A stretch of DNA of 34,944 nucleotides from Octopus bimaculoides (Eukaryota): the NCBI RefSeq assembly GCF_001194135.2, contig NC_068997.1:16512552-16547495 (forward strand). The letters run 5' to 3'. Below the pieces are notes generated by a model. It made no database searches. It was not told the origin of the DNA and saw nothing but the letters and a program-made list of their open reading frames with translations. Each line of letters opens with the position of its first letter. The stretch's first letter is position 1. The position numbers and the translations under genes are program-made. Of the stretch, positions 34,270 to 34,944 are shown piece after piece.

Positions 34270-34944
34270 CGGCCATGAATGAGAGATAGAGTCGAATGCC
34301 TTCTTATAGTCAAGCCATATTGTCACAAGCTTTCTGCCTTGTTTTCTTACTTCATACAGTATAGCTGTGTTTATTAAAATTTGTTCGGCACATTCTCACA
34401 CTCCCTTCTTTCCACCAGCCTGTTCCCCAATCACAATGCTGTTCAACTCACAATAGTCTTGGAGGAATTGGTTGAGGCAACTTGTATACAGTTTGTACAT
34501 AATGTTTAGGCAGGCAATGGGTCTGTAGTTTCATGCTATCTCGGTGATTTCCTTTTTTGGCAACAAGATTTGTCCTTGCTGTAGCAAGCTAATGTGGTAT
34601 ATTAGTCTGACGTTCCATAGTCCTTTTGAACATACATATCAATTGGTTTCTATAAAACGTCAGCTTCTTGTACCAATATCCAACTATTAAGTCCCTTCCA
34701 GGTACCTTCCCATCCTGCAGTTTGCCTACTGCTATAGCGAAGGTTTCTGCATCAATTTTGTATGTCGTGCTGTTAGTGTTGATACAGTATTCTCTCTCAA
34801 TTGTATTTAACCATGATGCATTCTGGTTGAAATCACTCTTTTCGCTCCAAATTTTTGACCAAAATGATTGTAGATCTTCTTGGGAGGGAGCTTTCTTAAT
34901 GGTAATAGTTTCCTTCCTCATCTCTCTGTATAATGCTTGTGGGT
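34270..34944 (-). mobile_element. R4/Dong-clade LINE reverse transcriptase N-terminal fragment, decayed; continues beyond the window
   Basis: FWSKIWS...KVPGRDLIVGYWYKK...NYRPIACLNIMYKLYTSCL...EQAGGRKGV*ECAEQILIN...WLDYKKAFDSISHSW (RT domains 0-3) with an internal stop and a frameshift. Confidence 0.95.

Overview
AT-rich eukaryotic scaffold with about 5 kb of N-gaps, saturated with (TA)n, (CA)n, (TATG)n and trinucleotide microsatellites. The SINE families look like the abundant tRNA-derived SINEs of Octopus (recognised from memory, not from a database search). Almost every ORF in the supplied track is a microsatellite or N-gap artefact; only 34589-34921 is clearly a real, decayed protein sequence. 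Supported content: (1) about 20 copies or fragments of three tRNA-derived SINE families; (2) decayed LINEs, namely two R4/Dong-type pieces (RT at 34270-34944; CCHC plus restriction-like endonuclease end at 3560-4430), an RTE 3' end (7098-7610) and a Penelope RT fragment (26510-26690); (3) hAT MITEs, a mariner remnant, a Helitron-like end and a solo-LTR-like insert. Beyond repeats, I found by eye a minimal hammerhead-ribozyme motif of the Penelope-associated type (7726-7770, minus) with a decayed second one (30359-30395), a perfect nuclear-receptor DR2 and a RORE/DR5 element, and two competing sets of short candidate exons. One is a phase-consistent minus-strand micro-exon chain; the other is a plus-strand set of phase-1 alternative last exons. 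I cannot name a host gene, and the exon calls are hypotheses that need RNA-seq. Nothing here is a demonstrably new system; the best leads are the ribozyme motif, the exon chains and the receptor elements.
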